DNA of 64,000 nucleotides from Alphaproteobacteria bacterium (GTDB lineage Bacteria; Pseudomonadota; Alphaproteobacteria; RF32; CAG-239): NCBI GenBank assembly GCA_017470165.1, contig JAFUEX010000024.1, positions 75,398 to 139,397 of the forward strand, read 5' to 3'. Shown piece by piece: positions 62,825 to 64,000 of this stretch (position 1 is its first letter; each line of letters starts with the position of its first letter). The notes under the pieces were generated by a model. It saw only the letters and a program-made list of their open reading frames with translations, ran no database searches and was not told where the DNA came from. The position numbers and the translations under genes were made by a program.

Positions 62825-63661
62825 TTACAAAGTAAAACATTTTTCAGCATTGCTGTTTATATCTAACAGCGACTGCGGATTGAACCGGATGTTGCGCAAA
62901 GAGGCGCCCCAATGCAGGTGAGGGCCGGTGGCGCGTCCGGTTTTGCCGACCAAACCGATAATGTCGCCTTGTTTGACGGTTTGGCCTGAGACCGCTTTAA
63001 TTTCGCTGAGGTGGGCGTAAATGGTTTGCAGCCCGAATCCGTGGTCAATCACTACGACATTGCCGGAATAAAACAGGTCGGGAGCGGTCAGGGTAATGAC
63101 GCCATCGGCCGAGGCTTTGACGGGAGTGCCGGCCGGAGCGGCAATGTCCATACCACGATGCGGGCTTTTGGGAACTTTGTTCATAATGCGCTGGCCGCCG
63201 AACTCGCCGGAGATGCGGCCTTCAACCGGTCGGATAAAGCCGGAGCGCCAAAAGGTTGAGGTGTTTTCGGCTTTGAGTGCTTTGCCCAATAATTTGCTCT
63301 CCTTTTGGATGGCGGCTAAATCAGCGTCAGACGGAGTTACTTTGCGCGGCGGGATACCTTTGATGTTTTGGATGTTCCATTGAGTGGGCGAAATTTTGAG
63401 CTCGAAATTGTGCTCTTGATCGGAGGTATCAATGACGGACAATAGCTGGTCTTTGGTTTCGTCACGGCCGAAAGCCACCATAAAAATTCCATCGGAAGTG
63501 GTGGCGATTTCTTTAGCGTTGTGATAAACGCCGGCAGCAAAATCGGCACGGCCAAAAATGAGCTCGCCCTGATTGAGACGGCCGCAGATTTCAACGGCTT
63601 GCGCGGTAAGCGCAAAAGTGTAAAGAGAGCTAATCAAACAAAGATATTTGCAAAGTTTCAT
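62825..63661 (-). CDS. M23 family peptidoglycan metalloendopeptidase.
   Basis: Signal peptide from the internal Met. M23 motifs HRGMDIAAPAGTP and HLHWG. Confidence 0.7.
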   Translation of the reverse strand: MKLCKYLCLISSLYTFALTAQAVEICGRLNQGELIFGRADFAAGVYHNAKEIATTSDGIFMVAFGRDETKDQLLSVIDTSDQEHNFELKISPTQWNIQNIKGIPPRKVTPSDADLAAIQKESKLLGKALKAENTSTFWRSGFIRPVEGRISGEFGGQRIMNKVPKSPHRGMDIAAPAGTPVKASADGVITLTAPDLFYSGNVVVIDHGFGLQTIYAHLSEIKAVSGQTVKQGDIIGLVGKTGRATGPHLHWGASLRNIRFNPQSLLDINSNAEKCFTL

Positions 63662-64000
63662 TTTCCGGTTCCTTTTTGGCGGAGGTTTTCTTGATGGGGG
63701 TTGAGGCGGCTGCGGCAAAAGTTTTGAGGCTGCCGTCGGCAAAATTGAGCTCAAATTCTTTTGTGGCGCGGGCACTTGATAAATCGGCAACAGTGCGGCC
63801 TTGAGAGTCTTTGACCCAGACGAAACCGCGCTTGAGCACGGAGCCGACCGATACGGACGACAGGCGCAACCATAAATTATTTAAATCGCTAGTGCTTTTT
63901 TCAATAATCTTTTGCACGAGAAGCGGTTTAAAACGGCACAGCTCAACTTGGCGCGATTTGTCTTTGAGGCAGTTGTGAAAAGCGGTGTGCAAGCGCTCGG
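63630..64000 (-). CDS. Partial hypothetical protein (C-terminal part; the gene runs beyond the window).
   Basis: The open frame reaches the window edge. It overlaps the upstream extension of the M23 ORF, which supports the shorter M23 start. Confidence 0.3.
   Translation of the reverse strand, partial: ERLHTAFHNCLKDKSRQVELCRFKPLLVQKIIEKSTSDLNNLWLRLSSVSVGSVLKRGFVWVKDSQGRTVADLSSARATKEFELNFADGSLKTFAAAASTPIKKTSAKKEPENETLQISLFD

Overview
The window is an alphaproteobacterial-type chromosome segment, and its first ~31 kb is one end of a lambda-like prophage.

Prophage, minus strand (packaging/head and early replication genes):
- Packaging/head operon: ParB-MTase fusion, TerS, a TerS C-terminal-domain paralog ORF, TerL (GpA family), a gpW-like joining protein, portal, prohead protease/scaffold, a gpD-like decoration protein, and a gpE-family major capsid protein.
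- An inserted ~1.4 kb moron between TerL and gpW, bracketed by ~70-bp direct repeats, with two phage-encoded tRNA-like genes alongside it on the plus strand.
- Early/replication operon: SF2 helicase, GapR-like protein, VRR-NUC, primase/helicase, dUTPase and a ferredoxin-thioredoxin-reductase-like protein.

Prophage, plus strand (divergent from a CI/LexA-like repressor):
- Recombination module: Cas4-like nuclease, RecT-like annealase, and an SbcC/Rad50-like ATPase with a zinc hook.
- An Xis-like DNA-binding protein.
- Small zinc-ribbon proteins.
- An MmcB-like nuclease.
- A frameshifted C5-cytosine methyltransferase.
- A 95-aa SSB-like protein ending in DDDIPF.
- An ASCH-like protein.
- A short MetK-like SAM synthetase.

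Prophage boundary:
- It appears to end at a 3' fragment of a host tRNA-fMet gene, which is a candidate attR.

Beyond the prophage:
- A very AT-rich islet encoding an outer-membrane beta-barrel protein and a DUF1311 protein.
- Three tandem VirB2/TrbC-like pilin paralogs separated by a repeat-dense non-coding tract.
- A conserved alphaproteobacterial housekeeping block on the minus strand: rppH, a YibQ-like deacetylase, ctpA, an EnvC-like M23 protein, gpmI, a PBP1-family protein, pssA and psd.
- A tRNA-Leu followed by a second AT-rich islet with a 566-aa effector-like gene.
- A further housekeeping block: rsmB, leuS-lptE-holA, a CpaA-like prepilin peptidase, a NaChBac-like channel, map, sfsA, a second tRNA-Leu, uppP, a receiver-domain protein and an M23 peptidase.

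The regions most worth following up are the repeat-bracketed membrane-protein moron with its paralogous 49-aa peptides and phage tRNAs, the recurring GTCATTTTTGAC motif and ATTCACCGATT iterons, the mini-SSB and MetK/MTase module, and the effector-like island. All functional calls are made by eye from motifs and synteny; no searches were run.
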